Source: Paraspadella gotoi
Taxonomy: Eukaryota > Animalia > Chaetognatha
Direction: 5' to 3'
DNA: 64,000 bases
Assembly: GCA_051294375.1 (NCBI GenBank)
Contig: JBJCIZ010000239.1
Span: 4,843,581 to 4,907,580 of the forward strand
The notes under the pieces were generated by a model, which was not told the origin of the DNA, did no database searches, and saw nothing but the letters and a program-made list of their open reading frames with translations. This document shows, piece after piece, positions 11,001 to 24,768 of this stretch (the first letter of the stretch is position 1; each line of letters opens with the position of its first letter). The position numbers and the translations under genes were made by a program.

Positions 11001-14000
11001 TGATCGGCATGGGGGCGCCTTTGTGGACGAGTTCCTCTTTGCTTTGCTTGCTTTGACGTCCGTCTCGGTTCAGCAAAGTATTGGTGAAGGGTGTTTTTTC
11101 ATGCGGCCGGCGGTGAGGTTCGTGGGAGGCTTGTCCGTGCAGCGGAAAGTCGGCCCGTTCTAGCCTCTCTCGTTCGACCAATGTTTTTACTTTGACCTTT
11201 TTTCAAATCTCGATTTTTTGCCTTTTTTAAATATCGGAATTTTAGAATTTTTTTTTGTAAAGGAATTTAGGTTTTGCTTATCCCATCGAAATGTAAGATT
11301 CTCGCTTGAGCAACGAAATTTCTTTTCTTTCCGTTGGTATTTAGGTAACGCGGCCATCGAAGCGTTTTCCGATGCATCGTCGATGCGACCGTAAGACACG
11401 CCCCTTTTCTCACGCGTGCGAATTTTTCCCCAAATTTTCTCCACGTTGTGAATGCACGCAACATCCGGTTTCGCCTGCGTGCGACGACACTTCCGGTTCG
11501 TAGTGGACGCTCGGATCGTGACGACGATTTCGGGCTGAGGCTACGAATTTCGAAAGTTTCGTTGTCGTGCTGGGACTTGATGCGGCGGGCATTTCGGAAA
11601 ATAATTAATGTATCTTACGTTTTTTCATAATATTTTTTAGTTTTAAATAAATATTTTTTCTAGAGTAATATTGTTATTTTGTATGTTGGTTTTCGGGGGT
11701 AACCTCAGCTTTAATCGATCGTACGGCTTCGATTATCTCCGGATAAAGCGTTTTTTAACATCATGCCTTTTTTCCTCAGATCTTCGCGACTTTACGCTCG
11801 GAGAAATTTGGGATTTTCCCCCGTTTCCCCAAGCATTACACTTAACTACGTAGTTCTTTCTTGTATTTTTTTGGGACTTAGCGTGTTTTTTGCTAAATTT
11901 TTTTTCGAAAATTTTTTCTTTTTTTGTACGAACAGGTTCGTTCCTCTCCGTTCGTGCGGGGGTACGGCCAATTTTTCGATAAGAATAATTTAGTATTTTT
12001 TTAGAAAAATATTGTTTTTTTAAAAATACTTTGTTCCCGTTTTTAGAAAATTGGTATTTTTCGTTTTTAGTAATCAAGTCCTTAACCACTATTACAAGTG
12101 TATTTTTTGGTTTTTATTTTTAGATTTTGGTTCTTTTAGGAGTTTGAGAAAAAGGTAAAATGAGTCAGGTCAAGGTTTTTTTGGTTGAGTGAGAGGAGGA
12201 AAACAACCAACGCTCGCCAAAGCGTGTTCTTCCCGACAGAACAAGACGGAAAGAACGAAACCCTCCTTCGGAGGCGTGTTGCAAACACCCCACTGCTTAA
12301 AAACACCCCATCTGTCCATTTTTTGTATTTATTTAGTTTTGTTCGTTTTTTGATAGCCTAGAGAAGAGACGACAATAGAGTAGGAAGATAATTAGATTAT
12401 CTTTCTCTGATATTTTATATTATTCATAGTTTGCCCTAATATTTTTCGCTTTGATAAAAGTTTTTGGCCTCAACTTTCAAATACTCTAGACGGACGGAGT
12501 TTTGTGGATTGATGCTAAAATAATCACAACTTTAGGCTTTTGGAGTGACGGTCAACCCTGTTCAAGACTGTCTCCCTGCGCGCCGCAAGGCGGGCGGTTT
12601 CTCTGGTACACACGGCGGTTCCAGTAAGAATTGGTTGAGAGAAATCGTCGGAACTCCAAATTTTTTTCGGCATTCGGTTAACGAAAGGTTACTTGTTTGA
12701 CCACCGTCTTCTTCTTTAGCGGGCAAGGACCTTACCGAGAACCCTTTAAGTACATACTGACCTTACGGTTGCGTCCAATTTTCTTTGGGCAGGTGAATTG
12801 GTTTGTGATCGTTTGTGATGTACGTCTCATTTTTTGTATTTTCTCCCTTTAATATAAGAAAGCAGGAGCTGGAATAAGGAGCCAGGCAACGAGGGGATAC
12901 CATGTTATTGCTGGTTTTATTTTTGGCAGGGTTTGAGGGTCTCGCCCCATCCGTTGTCTCTTAGTTTTACCTTGCCGTAGTTATTCTCATTGTAACGGCA
13001 GACGGATGCTTTAAATAAAATTACCATAAAGTAAGTTCCTATTATTGCATCCAGATTCAGAAACTGATTTTGTTTCTTAGTGTATCGATTTTTTGGTTTA
13101 TGTATGTTTCGGGTTAGTATTGTGATAGGTATTGATTTCGTTTTTAGGTTTTAGTTTTAATATTTTTTCTTTTTGGCCAACCTACTACGACATTAGTATA
13201 TAAGGAATGCTAATTATTTCTGTTTTACAGTGTATTTCCAGAAATATTTCATTTCAAGAAGATTCCATTTACAAGAAGATCGACGCGAAGATTTGGTGCA
13301 GATTGATCCAAAGATTTAGTACTTTTTATATTTTGTCTCAATTTACTACTTTTTTTTTCCCGTAGGCTCATTATAAGGTTTTTCGTGTCGTAGTACGGTT
13401 GTGCGTCTCTAATATTTTTGGGTAAGGAGTCGAACGTACGCAGATCTTCAAAGATTCGTCTTCCGTATCGGGGTCCTCATCGAGAACGTAGAGGATGCTT
13501 GAAGAATGCTTGTGACATGACTGCAAGATATGCTTGACGGTTCTCTGATGCGGGGCCACCCTGCGTGAGGAAAATTTGAATTTTTTTGAGATTGCGTCCT
13601 TCGTCTCTGGTTGTTCGTGATTATGAAAGGCACTTTTGGCCTCGCCATGTTCGTCTGAGGGTCGAGGGGTTGATATTGTTTTAGCCGGTTCAGTATTAAC
13701 TTCGAGATCCGATTTCGTTCCTGCGGGGGGCAGAAAGTTGCATTCGGTTAAACGTGTATATCGTTTACCAAAATCCGACTACCATAGAATTTTTTCTTTA
13801 CCTTTTCCGGTTCCATCTTTGAATTCGAATTGGTCGCGGTGCCGTATCGTCCTTACGATTCGGCTTCCATTAAAATTCACGCTTCTTTCCTTTTAGTTGG
13901 CTACTATCGGGAGTCGCGGGTGTTATATATGTCGGGCCCGGAGATCGGCCACCGGGGTCAGTTGCAACCGGTCTTCGCGCTTCGACTAAGTGAAAATATA

Positions 14001-14872
14001 TCGGGTTTAAAGTCGGCCACCGGGGTCAGTTATAACCGGCTTTAAACTTCGATAAAGGCTTTATATTGTTTGCTTTTGATTTAGTTTATTTGTAAGTAAT
14101 AATGCCGAAGTTAGCTTGCCAAAAATCATTTTATATTGTGTTAGTCAGTTAGTCAGTCAGAAATATTTTAGCTCCCTTTCGTCTCATTCCCCCCTGCCTT
14201 GTGTCAATTTATTTCTGGGCCATTTGATTGTATCGTTTTTCAGTTAGCGGCAAACGTTTTTTAAAGTTAAAGCCAGGATTGGCCAGTTTTTAGTGTTTTC
14301 GTTTTTTGGATACGGTTGAAAACGGGTGTAATGATACACGCCGTACAGGGTTTATTTTTGTTTTCTCCTATTCGTGTCAGAGACGTTCGTTCGGCAATCG
14401 TCACACGGCGCTTCCCTACTCTGCAGAAGTTGGTGAGCGGCACCTCCGCCCGTTTCCGTGAACCGAGCGAACATACATGTCTATGAAGTCCTGTTTTTGG
14501 TGAAAGATTATTTTTAGATTTACGACAACCGTAGTTTTCTATACATCACGCACGGTTTTTTCTAAATTCATCATTGTGTGAACCCACTGTTCGTCTTCAA
14601 ACATGATAACTTGAAGTACAATCTAGCGTGTGGAGAGGTTGTCGCCGGTCAGTTTGTCGTCTGCCGTCGTCACCCGTCTGTCCGTTCAACCGTTCGTCAG
14701 TTTTTTGTCAGTATTTTTAAGGTATTTTAGGTATTACAAGTAAGTCCTGGGCATTTTTTGCATACTCAGCTTTAAATATTCTTCCTTTCCTCTTTCCATC
14801 CCCTGCGACCGGGATATTTAGATTGTTATTTCTGGACATGCTCATAGTATTTTTGGTATGCTTGACATACCC

Positions 14873-14884
14873 AAATAGCGGGGG
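14873..14884 (+). other. Polypurine tract (PPT) candidate
   Basis: aaatagcggggg lies directly before TGTTACG at 14885. Confidence 0.5.
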
Positions 14885-15626
14885 TGTTACGAAATAACTA
14901 TCTCAAATATTTCGAAGTAAAATCCAGCTTCTCTCCTTTTCCCCGTGCTCTTTTGCTCTTTATTACTGACATCGAAAATGCTTCCATTCTAGCGATCGAC
15001 ACGACATCTTTAGGCTCTTATCTTTTGTTTATACTTAAGTACAAGAATTCCGAAGGCAGTGTACAGTGATTCTGATTGGTGCCCGGATTTCGATAGATTT
15101 CGATTGAGATTTTAATCGAATTCTAGCCACGTGGCATCTCAGATCTCAACGTTGTCACTGGGTTTTTAGTTTTTTCTCAGAGCATTAGAAACTCTCTTTA
15201 TCAGATATCTCGGAATCTTATTTTTGTGTGATCGCTGGTTTGGTGGACTTTTCTATGAAGAGAAGCAATCTCTTTTGGTTAATATTGGCTTCAGAAACAA
15301 GTAAGAAAGACACTTTAAATTTATATATATTTTTTGCTGAGTTTGTACTAAATGTTTTGTTATTCTTTGCCCAGGACTTCTAACGCTACTTCAGACTACT
15401 ACAGACATTTCGTCAAGTCCTGGGCTTCGTAGATCGTCGTCCTTTCGGCCTTAGCCGCGTCATCTACCGAGACTTTGTCGTCATCATCTCCAGGGGCGTC
15501 TTGACCGGCGCCATCGTGCTCTTCTGCGCCATTTTATACCCGATTCCATCTGGTCTTTCAATGCGCAGAATTAGTCCAGTCGAGTTTAGAATCAAAGACG
15601 CCACTTCTCTAACTTAGTTCAAAACA
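14885..15626 (+). mobile_element. 3' LTR, 742 bp
   Basis: Starts TGTT after the PPT and ends AACA at 15626. Host sequence acgtccttcacac resumes exactly there, as shown by the uninterrupted inverted copy at ~35985-36005. Confidence 0.65.
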
Positions 15627-17964
15627 ACGTCCTTCACACTTTGATTCACAACTTGTTCTCTCTCTCTTCTTTCTCTCTCTCTCTCTCTTTGGTTTCCATC
15701 TTGTTTATACAATTTTTTTCCTCCTTTCTTATTTCTTTCTTTTCCCCCAATTTTTCTTTTGTTTATTTTTTCCTCATTTTCTTCTCAATTTTTCTTCTCC
15801 TTTTTCTTTCTTCATTTTTTCTTTCCTCCTTTTATCTTTCATTTTTTTTCTCTTTATTCTTTCCTCCTTGTCTTTCCTTCTTTTTTTCCTTTCATTTCTT
15901 TCCTCCTTTTTTCTTCTTTTTTTCATGTCTTTTCTTATTTTTTGCTCTTTTTTCTTTCCTTCTTTTTTCTTTCTTCCTTTCTTCTTTCCTTCTTTTTCCT
16001 TTTCATTTCTTTCCTTCTTTTTTATTTCCTTATTTTTTTGTCTTCATTTTTTCCTCCTTTTTCTTTCCTCCTTTTTTTTCTTTTTTCTCTTCATTTTTCC
16101 TCCTTTTTTCTCCTATTTTCTTTTCCCTCTTTTTTTCTTTTCATTTCTTTCTTCCTTTTTCATTCTTCCTTTTTTCTTTCCTTCTTTTCTCTTCATTTCT
16201 TTCTCCCTTTTTCTTTCCTTCTTTTTCTTTCCTCCATTTCACGCGATTTCCATTCAATGAGCAAAGATTTTTGTTTTCGGTCGTTTAGTTTTTTTTTTTT
16301 CTGTTTTTTTTTTCTCATAATTTGATTGAGTTTTGGTTTTGGTTTTCTTTTCTTTTCTTTTCATCATTCTTTCTTTTCTTATTTTTTCTTTTTCTCTTAC
16401 CCCTTTTCCTTTCCTTTTCTCCTTTCCTTTTACTTCTATATTTTCCTCGGTCTCGGAGTCTTTCTGGTCGTCGTCAAACAAGTTTTCTTGACATCATCAG
16501 TTTGTTAAAGAAAAAGACTTTTTACAACATTCTCGACGTCCTCTCACTCGTAAAGTTTACCGTCCTTTTAAACACTCTCTTTCTCTCTCTCTCTCTCTTT
16601 CTTTCTCTTTACATCTCTAATTTTTTTTCTTCTTTTTTTCTTTTTGTGCTATAGACTTAGTCTCTCCTTGTTTCATTTTGTTTTCTTTTTTTTTTCGTTC
16701 TCTCTATTTCCTATTAATAATTCTTTCACTCACCGAAGTTATATATATAAAAACATACATTCATACTACTAATGGACATTTTTGCTTACTCCATCACGCA
16801 GGATGCCATTTTTCTTTTTGTCTTTCCTAAATCGTCCTCTCTTTTTTCACCTTTTTTTTCTTCCTGCTTTTTTCTTCTTGTTCTTCTTTTTTGCTTTCTT
16901 TTTTCTTTCTTTTTTTTCTTTCTTTCTTTCCTACTTTCTCTTTCCTTTTTCTTTCTCTGATTTCTTTTCTTTCTTTCTTTCTTTCTCTCTTTCTTTCTTT
17001 CTTTCTTCTTTCTTCTTTCTTCTTCTTTCTTTCTTTCTTTCTTTCTTTTCTCTCTCCTACCTCCCTTTCCTCTCTCCTCTCTCTTAAACCCTAACTCTTC
17101 CTATCGCGTTTCTCCTTCTTCTCCTTAATTCTTTCTCTCTCCTTTTTTTTCTCTCCTTTCTTCCTTTTTCTTTCTTCTTTTCTTCTTTTTTTCTTTCTTT
17201 CATTTTTTTCTTTCTCCCTTTTTTTCTCTTTTTTCCTGATCTTATCTTATCTTATTCTTATCTTATCTTATCTTATCTTATCTTATCCTTCCTCCCTCAC
17301 AACCTCTCCTTTTGCCCCCCAACCCTTCCCCCTCCTTCCTGGGTTCCTTGGCCTCAGCCCAACGCCAAAGAAATCCATTGAGCAGAGAAATTAGACTCGA
17401 GGAAACATTTTACGTTAGACTCGTCGCGGCGAAATAACAACAACAACAACAAAAACATCTAAAAAACAACTAAACAAAGAAATAAACAATAACAATACAA
17501 AATAACTGTGAGATAACAACGATAACACAGCATAAACAGATTAAGTTAAACGATAGCGAATTAAACACAAACAACACCCACCTACAAAAACATTAACAAA
17601 TAGAATAAATAAATAACAAATAAACTATTAAAACAACATCACTTTAATTAGAAAACAACGTAAACGGTCAAGACTTAGATTATTAATAAATCTCAAATAA
17701 TTTTAACACAATAAACAAAATCATAGAAAATAAACCTATTAAAATCTAAACAAACATAGGAAAACAGTAACTGTTCATTTTCATCTTGCATAATACATAA
17801 GATACGATTTAAGGTCACCACATTAACAATAATCTCATCATCAGTAAAAAATTCATTTCTGACTTTTCTCTCAGAATTATTTTAAAGAGAGATTTCCATA
17901 TCGATTATAAGACTCGATTTCTAACTGTTCTATGCTTTTCATACGACTTCGCTTTCCCACTGGA

Positions 17965-18041
<77 letters not shown>

Positions 18042-18519
18042 CTCTCTCTCTCTCTCTTTCGTTTTTCAGGCACTTTATTTCTGTCTTTCTCTTCCTCCAT
18101 TCAGCCCGTCATTCCCCCCGCAACAAAAAAATAGAGAAAGAAGAAAAGAAAGAAAAAGAAAAAAAAGAAAAGAAAGAAAAGAAAGAAAAGAAAGAAAAAG
18201 AAAGAGGGGAATCTTTTTATGATCCTAATTGCGGAGGCCATTTTTGACCCGAAGCGGCGCCAGCGACGAGCGGCGCGCGCGGCGCGGCGGGGCCAGAGAA
18301 ACTTGCGCGTAGTTTATAAAAGGCGCCTCGTGTTTCTGCCTCGTAGAGTGGAGTAGGCATTTGAGTATTATGGTATTAGTGGAGTAGTGTATTAGAGTAT
18401 TGGAGTATTAGTTTCTTTTGTAGGGGGTCGAGTTTGGGATTTTTGTTTAAGATCTTATCTTTTTTTTTCTTTCTTTTCTTTCTTTCTTTCTTTTGTCTTT
18501 CTTTCTTTCTTTCTTTTGT

Positions 18520-18575
<56 letters not shown>

Positions 18576-20032
18576 TTGTTCCTCACTCCCCTTTCTCTTT
18601 CCTAACTCTCCTTCCTCTCTTTTCTCCGCTATCCTTTTCTTGTTTTCCTCCACTTTCCTACTTTCTCTCCTTTCCTCCACTCTCCTTTCGTTTCCTCTAC
18701 TCTCCTTTCCTCCTTTCCTCCACTCTCTTTTTTCTCCCTTCCTCCACTTTCCTTTCTTTTTCTCCAATCTACCCTTTCCTTTCTTTTCCTCACTCTCCTT
18801 TCCTTCTACTTTTTCTTTTTCTCCAGTCTCCTTCCTTCCTTTTCTCCACTTTTCCTTACTTTCCTACTTCTCTCCTTTCTCTCCTTTCCTCCACTCTCCT
18901 TTCTTCCTTTCCTCCACTTTCCTTTTCATTTCCTCCACTCTCCCCTTTTCCTTCTTTCTCCATTTTTCCTTTCTCTTCTTTCTCCAATCTCCCTCTCTCC
19001 TTTCGTCCACTTTCCTTTTTTTTCCTCCCATTTTTTCCCTTCCTTTTTTTCAATCTTCGGTCAGTTTTCCTCATTCACTACCGCCTTTCATTCTTTCCAT
19101 TTTCGCGGAGCCACTTTTTTTTCCCTTCAGAACGAAACCGTTGGTCTTTCCGAGAGGGACGTGTCCATCGTCGTCGTCGTGTATCGTCATCATTATCATC
19201 TTCGTTGCTCCGTCCTGGTTTTCGTCGTCGTTGGATCTTTATGGTCGTCATTGTCTTCGTTCATCATCATCTTCGTTGTCGTCGTCGTCATCTTCTTCGT
19301 CGTGATAGTCCTCGTTGTTTCAAAGAATTAAAAACAATATGCATTCTTTTTTTCCCCTTTGTATATAAAATGGTTTTGTTAAAAGGCCGGAAAAAAAAAG
19401 GTCAGATTCCTTTTTAGATTTTATAATAAATACTGATATTTTAAAATACCACTGTTTAATTTTTTACTTATTCTTTTATTTTTTTAATATTTTAATTTTT
19501 TTGAGGAGGGAACGTTCGTGTTGTCCTTGGAAATATGTTAGCGCAATTATGGCGAATGCATTTCTACAACAACAACAACAAAGGACTCTACAGAAGAGGT
19601 TATTAAGTAGATGGCCACAACTAAATACGAAATTATCCATTCATTTGTAAGGGCCGTATGTTTCAAATCACCCACGTTGAAATTAGAAAAAATGTTTCAA
19701 GGTTTAGCCTCATAAAATTACTGTGCAACGTTCCGAGTTCGGTCGCGTCTCCCACAGTGTTTTTCCTTTCCATCAATGAAACACCTCTCGCGATGAGAAT
19801 AATAATTCTACGAGACTCGTTTTTTGCCGTTGACCGTTCAAAGTTGTGTGACTCATCTCCCAAAGCTCTTTCTTTTCTTTCTTTTCACTCTGTTCTCTGC
19901 TCTGTCCTCTCTCTCTCTTCTCTGACTGTATTATCGCTTCCGCATTTCTTAGCTTCTTTCTTTACTATTCATTTTCACGACCTCTCTTCTCTCTCTCTCT
20001 CTCTTCTCTCTCTCTGCTCTCTCTCTCTCTCG

Positions 20033-20064
<32 letters not shown>

Positions 20065-20760
20065 GTCTCTCTCTCAGTGATGAATCGAGTACTAAACAGA
20101 ATTCTCGCGTTCCTCGTCTTCAGAAACATTTTCGTGATAGCCAAAGGAAAATCTCACCAAGTTTTTTCGAACTTCTTCTTCACTCGTCATCATTCGTTTC
20201 ACGATGTTTGTTAATATTTAAATTTACTACAATTTTATGCAAAATTAAATGCTCCTACTATCAATAATATCAGGAATGAATATAAATACTTGAATTAATA
20301 TAATCATAATTAATATTAATATATTAATATAGTATTTGATTGGAAAGCTTTGTAGTTTCCTTCTTCTTTTTATTTTATTGTATAACTTTAAGAGTATGGT
20401 TTAACAATTTAATCCTCAAACATAGTACGAGTTAAACTATTGCACATTAACACCAAATTCAAAGTCAAGTATTTATTAATTTTTTTATCGTTAAAGATCT
20501 GTTAAACCCATTTTCCGAAGTGTGTTGGATTCTCCCTCTCAATTAGCGCACGTTTTGTGTGTCTTAAAAACATAAGTCAAAAAAAAGCTAATTTTTAATT
20601 TTAATTTTTTTTGAATGTGTTTTGTGAAAAAGTGAAGGGTTTCCTTCGCGTTGAATTTTAATTTTGAAAAGAAAAATATTGAGAAATTTTTTAATTTCTC
20701 TTTTTTTCACACTTTTTTTTTTTGTGAAACGCTTCAGCCATTCACGAATTTCCTTTCTCT

Positions 20761-20790
<30 letters not shown>
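15627..20790. repeat. Segment B; inverted copy at 30875-35998. Contains long CT-rich, (TTTC)n, (CTTAT)n, (CT)n and ctcctttcctccact-like tracts
   Basis: Unique anchors match in reverse complement (e.g. ~17340-17420 vs ~34150-34240, ~18230-18440 vs ~33130-33360, ~19560-19860 vs ~31740-32050). Confidence 0.9.
18240..18345 (+). promoter_or_regulatory. CpG-rich patch with TATA box (TATAAAAG 18315-18322); possible Pol II promoter
   Basis: Isolated GC/CpG-rich stretch with a consensus TATA in otherwise low-complexity DNA, also present in the inverted copy (~33235-33345). No downstream CDS identified. Confidence 0.3.
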
Positions 20791-20837
<47 letters not shown>

Positions 20838-21517
20838 AATGGATTTTCGGACAGCTTCAAACTCACCCTCAAACCCATTTTTTCCCATTTTTTTCCTGAC
20901 CCTATATTTCCTTCTCTTTCGTTTATCATCACACCTCTCTACTATTTCTCTTCTCTCTTCTATTTTTTCTTCTTCTTTTTCTTTTCTTTTCTTTTCTTTT
21001 CTTTTCTTTTCTTTTCCTATTTTCCTTTTCTTTTCTTCTTTTTTCTCTATGCTGTCTTATATCATCCTTTTTATTCTCCGCTCTTCCTCTCACTAATTAT
21101 TTCTCTCTTCTGTATGATTATAACTCTTAGTAAATCGCTCTCTTATTTTCTTCTCCGATAATTTATCAACATTTAATTCTAGGTTTAAACCTTTCTCACT
21201 TTCCCGTCACATACTTTTTTACGAAGCTTATTAAAATTTTTTTTCCACGATTATCTTTTTAAAGATTTTAATTATTCATTATTCCTTCAAACCAATTCCA
21301 CGTTTCTCTTTATTGAACAAACAAAAATCAAAATACTCAATTTAAATTCTTGAGGCCAACACAAATCCACAGTACAGGAATTATTCACAGTGGCTCTGTA
21401 AAGATCACCCATTTATTGCTGTAAAGATTAAAAGTCGCTCCTGCAAAGATTCTACCACTGACTCCTGCAAAGCTCTTTGCCCAGAAAATATGGCATTCCT
21501 GGGGGAACTTACCTCCA

Positions 21518-21567
<50 letters not shown>

Positions 21568-23193
21568 CTCCTCCTCTCTCTCTTACTCTCTCCGCGATGG
21601 GTATTTTCTCCAGGTGGTGGTCTCGTTCGTCTCTTCTGATCGTCGTCGTCGTCGTCGTCGCTGTCTTCCATTTTTTCTCTTTCCTGGCTCCCTTCCCTCC
21701 TCCTGCCCGCTCCTCTCCTCCTGCCTCCTCCTTTCCTCCTCTTCACAAGGCGTCCTCCCATCTTTCTTCTTGTCATTCAACCTCCTTTCGTTTTTCTCGC
21801 ACGCGGCGAAAACCTTTGACGCGTCGTCGTCGTCGTCGTCGTCGTCTTCATCATGTTCGTTTCTGCTCTTGTCGTCGTCTCGTTATTGTTTTCATCGCTT
21901 CATACTGGCTTCCTTGTTCTCGAGGTCTTCTTCGACTTTGTCGTTTTAATGTCTTCATCATCGTCGTCTTTTTCGTGTGTCGATTTTATTGGTTCGTCGT
22001 TCTTCATCTTTTTCGTTTTCATCTCTGTCATCCATTGTCGTCGTCGTCTTCGTGTTCTCTTATGGTTCATCGTCTTCGTTGTTGTCGTTTTTTGTCGATT
22101 TTAACGTCTTCTTTAATTTTCGTCGTTTTTTCATCGTCGTCGTTGTTGTAACGATGTTTTTGTGTTGTTGTGTTCTTCTTTCTTCGTCTGACGTCTTTTG
22201 TCGTCGTCATCTTGTTGTCATCATCTCTCATCGTCTTTTCTTCGTTGTCGTCGTCGACGGTCGTCATCACTGATGAGTCGGTCATGTCTTCGTTATCATC
22301 GTTTTCGGTTCGTCGTTCGTCATCTCATCGTCGTCTCGTACTCGCGTCATCCTTGGCACCTCATATCACGAGGGTCTTGTTTGTTTACGAATCTCCGCGC
22401 CGTTGCATGTACATCTGCCGTGCAGCTGCGTGTATCTGCATGCGTTTACGGAAACGTATTACTGGTACAGTTTCCCTTTTTTCTTTCTTTTTTTTCGATT
22501 TGTTTCTCATTTATTGGTTTAGTTGTTTCAGAAATCCGTTTGAATTAATTACACGAAACTTTTTTTTTTAGATAAATTATCAGAAAATTGGCCGGTTTTT
22601 TTTTTCTCAGCTTATTGATTGGAAGGACTTAATATGTAATTAGAGCCGGCAAGTTGTCAGAAAAAGAAAAAAGCAGAAAAACGTCAAAACAAGAAAAAGC
22701 CTAATTTAAACAACGGAAACGGAAAAAAATAAAAAACTTCCAAACTTCAACTAGAAAAAAAAAATCTCTCAAAAAGTTTAAAAAGTTAAAAATGTTCACC
22801 CGAAAAAGTTTCAAATGTGTCAAAATAAAATGAAAAAAAAATAATAAAAAGCAGAATAATCAAAGTTAAAATTAGGAAAATGAAAAAAATTCTCAAATAT
22901 TCAAACACAGACTGACGGATTTTTTGACAACTTTTATCCGTTACATCACGAGGGACCTCCTGTCAATCTCTCTCATCTCTCTCTCTCTCTCTCTCTCTCT
23001 TCTCTGTCTCTCGTCTCTCTCTCTCTCTCCTTCTCTTCTCACACTCTCTTCTCTCGTCTCTCGTCTCTCTCCTCTCTCTCTCTCTCTCTCTTCTTCTCTA
23101 TTATCTATCTATCTTATCTATCTATCTCTCTCTCTCTTTTCTTTTTCTCTCGCCTGTTCATCTCTTTTCCCTACCTTGAAAACTATATCATCA

Positions 23194-23225
<32 letters not shown>

Positions 23226-23316
23226 CTCTCTCTCTCTCGTCGTCTCTCTCTCCTCTCTCTCTCTTCTCTCTCTCATTTTTCTCTCCCTCACNNNNNNNNN
23301 NNNNNNNNNNNNNNNN

Positions 23317-23349
<33 letters not shown>

Positions 23350-24716
23350 ACAGGAGGTCCCTCGTGGATGTAAACGGGATAAAAGTTGTCAAAAAATCGT
23401 CGAGTCTGTGTTTGAATATTTGACGAAATTTTTTTCATTTTCTAAATTTTAACTTTGATTTTCTGTTTTTATTATTTTTTTTTCCTTTTATTTTGACAAT
23501 TTGACTTTTCGGTGACATTTTAACTTTTTAAACTTTTTTGAAGAATTTTTTTTTTCTAGTTGAAGTTTGGAAGTTTTTTATTTTTTTCCGTTTCCGTTGT
23601 TTAAATTAGGCTTTTTCTTGTTTTGACGTTTTTGTCTTTTGTTTTTTTTTCTGACAAGCTTGTCCGGCTTCTAATTACATATTAATCCTTCCAATCAATA
23701 AGCTGAAAAAAAAACCGCATTTTCTTGATAATTATCTAAAAAAAAAGTTTCTGTATTAATTCAAAACGGATTTCTGAAACAACTAAACCAATAAAATGAG
23801 AAACAAATCGAAAAAAAAAAGAAAGAAAAAGAGGGAAACTGTACAGTATCGTTTCCGTAAACGCATGCAGATACACGCAGCTGCACGCAGATGTACATGC
23901 ACGGCGCGGAGATTCGTAAACAAACAAGACCTCGTGATATGAGGTGCCAAGGAACGACGGCGAGTATGACGACGACGATGATGACGACGACGACCGAAAC
24001 GATGATAACGAAGAAGACGACTACAGTGATGACGACGTCGACGACGACACTGAAGAAAGACGATGAAGATGATGACAACGATGACGACGACAAAGACGTC
24101 AACGAAGAAGAAGACAACAACAACAAAAACATCGATTACAACAACGACGACGATGACAAAAACGACGAAAATGAAGAAGACGTTAAAATCGACAAAAACG
24201 ACAACAACGAAGACGATGACCATAACGATGACAACGAAGACGACGACGACGATGAAGACGATGAAAACGAAAAAGATGAAGACGACGACCATAACAATGA
24301 CAACGAAGAAGACGACGATGATGAAGACGATTAAAACGACAAAGTCGAAGAAGACGACCATAACGATGAACAATGGAAGACGACGACTGATGAAGACATG
24401 AAAACGACATAAGACGAGATGAACGACCATAAACGATGACAACGAAGAGCGACGACGATGATGAAGAACGACGACGACGAACGACGACGACGCGCTCAAA
24501 GGTTTTCGCCGCTGCGGAAAACGAAAGAGGTTGAATGACAAGAAGAAAGATGGGAGGACGCGTTGTGAAAGAGGAGGAAGGAGGAGGAGGAGGAGAGGAG
24601 CGGGCAGGCAGGAGCGGAAGGGAGACCAAGGAAAGAGAAAAATGGAAGAAGCGACGACGACGACGACGACGATCAGAGAGACGACGAGACCAACCTGGAG
24701 AAATACCACGCGAGAG

Positions 24717-24768
<52 letters not shown>

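Larger units (their letters stand above)
2046..15626 (+). mobile_element. 5'-truncated BEL/Pao-related LTR retroelement, degenerate or non-autonomous
   Basis: Unique block between duplicated host segments, GC-richer in its 5' half. It holds Pao-like pol and gag remnants and ends in a PPT-like tract plus a TG...CA LTR exactly at the host junction. The 5' LTR and PBS are not in the window. Confidence 0.65.

Noticed and set aside
15641-19417. Long F/S/L-rich membrane-protein-like ORFs (and mirrors at 32262-36005)
   Set aside because: Translations of polypyrimidine SSR tracts; frames are not conserved between the copies.
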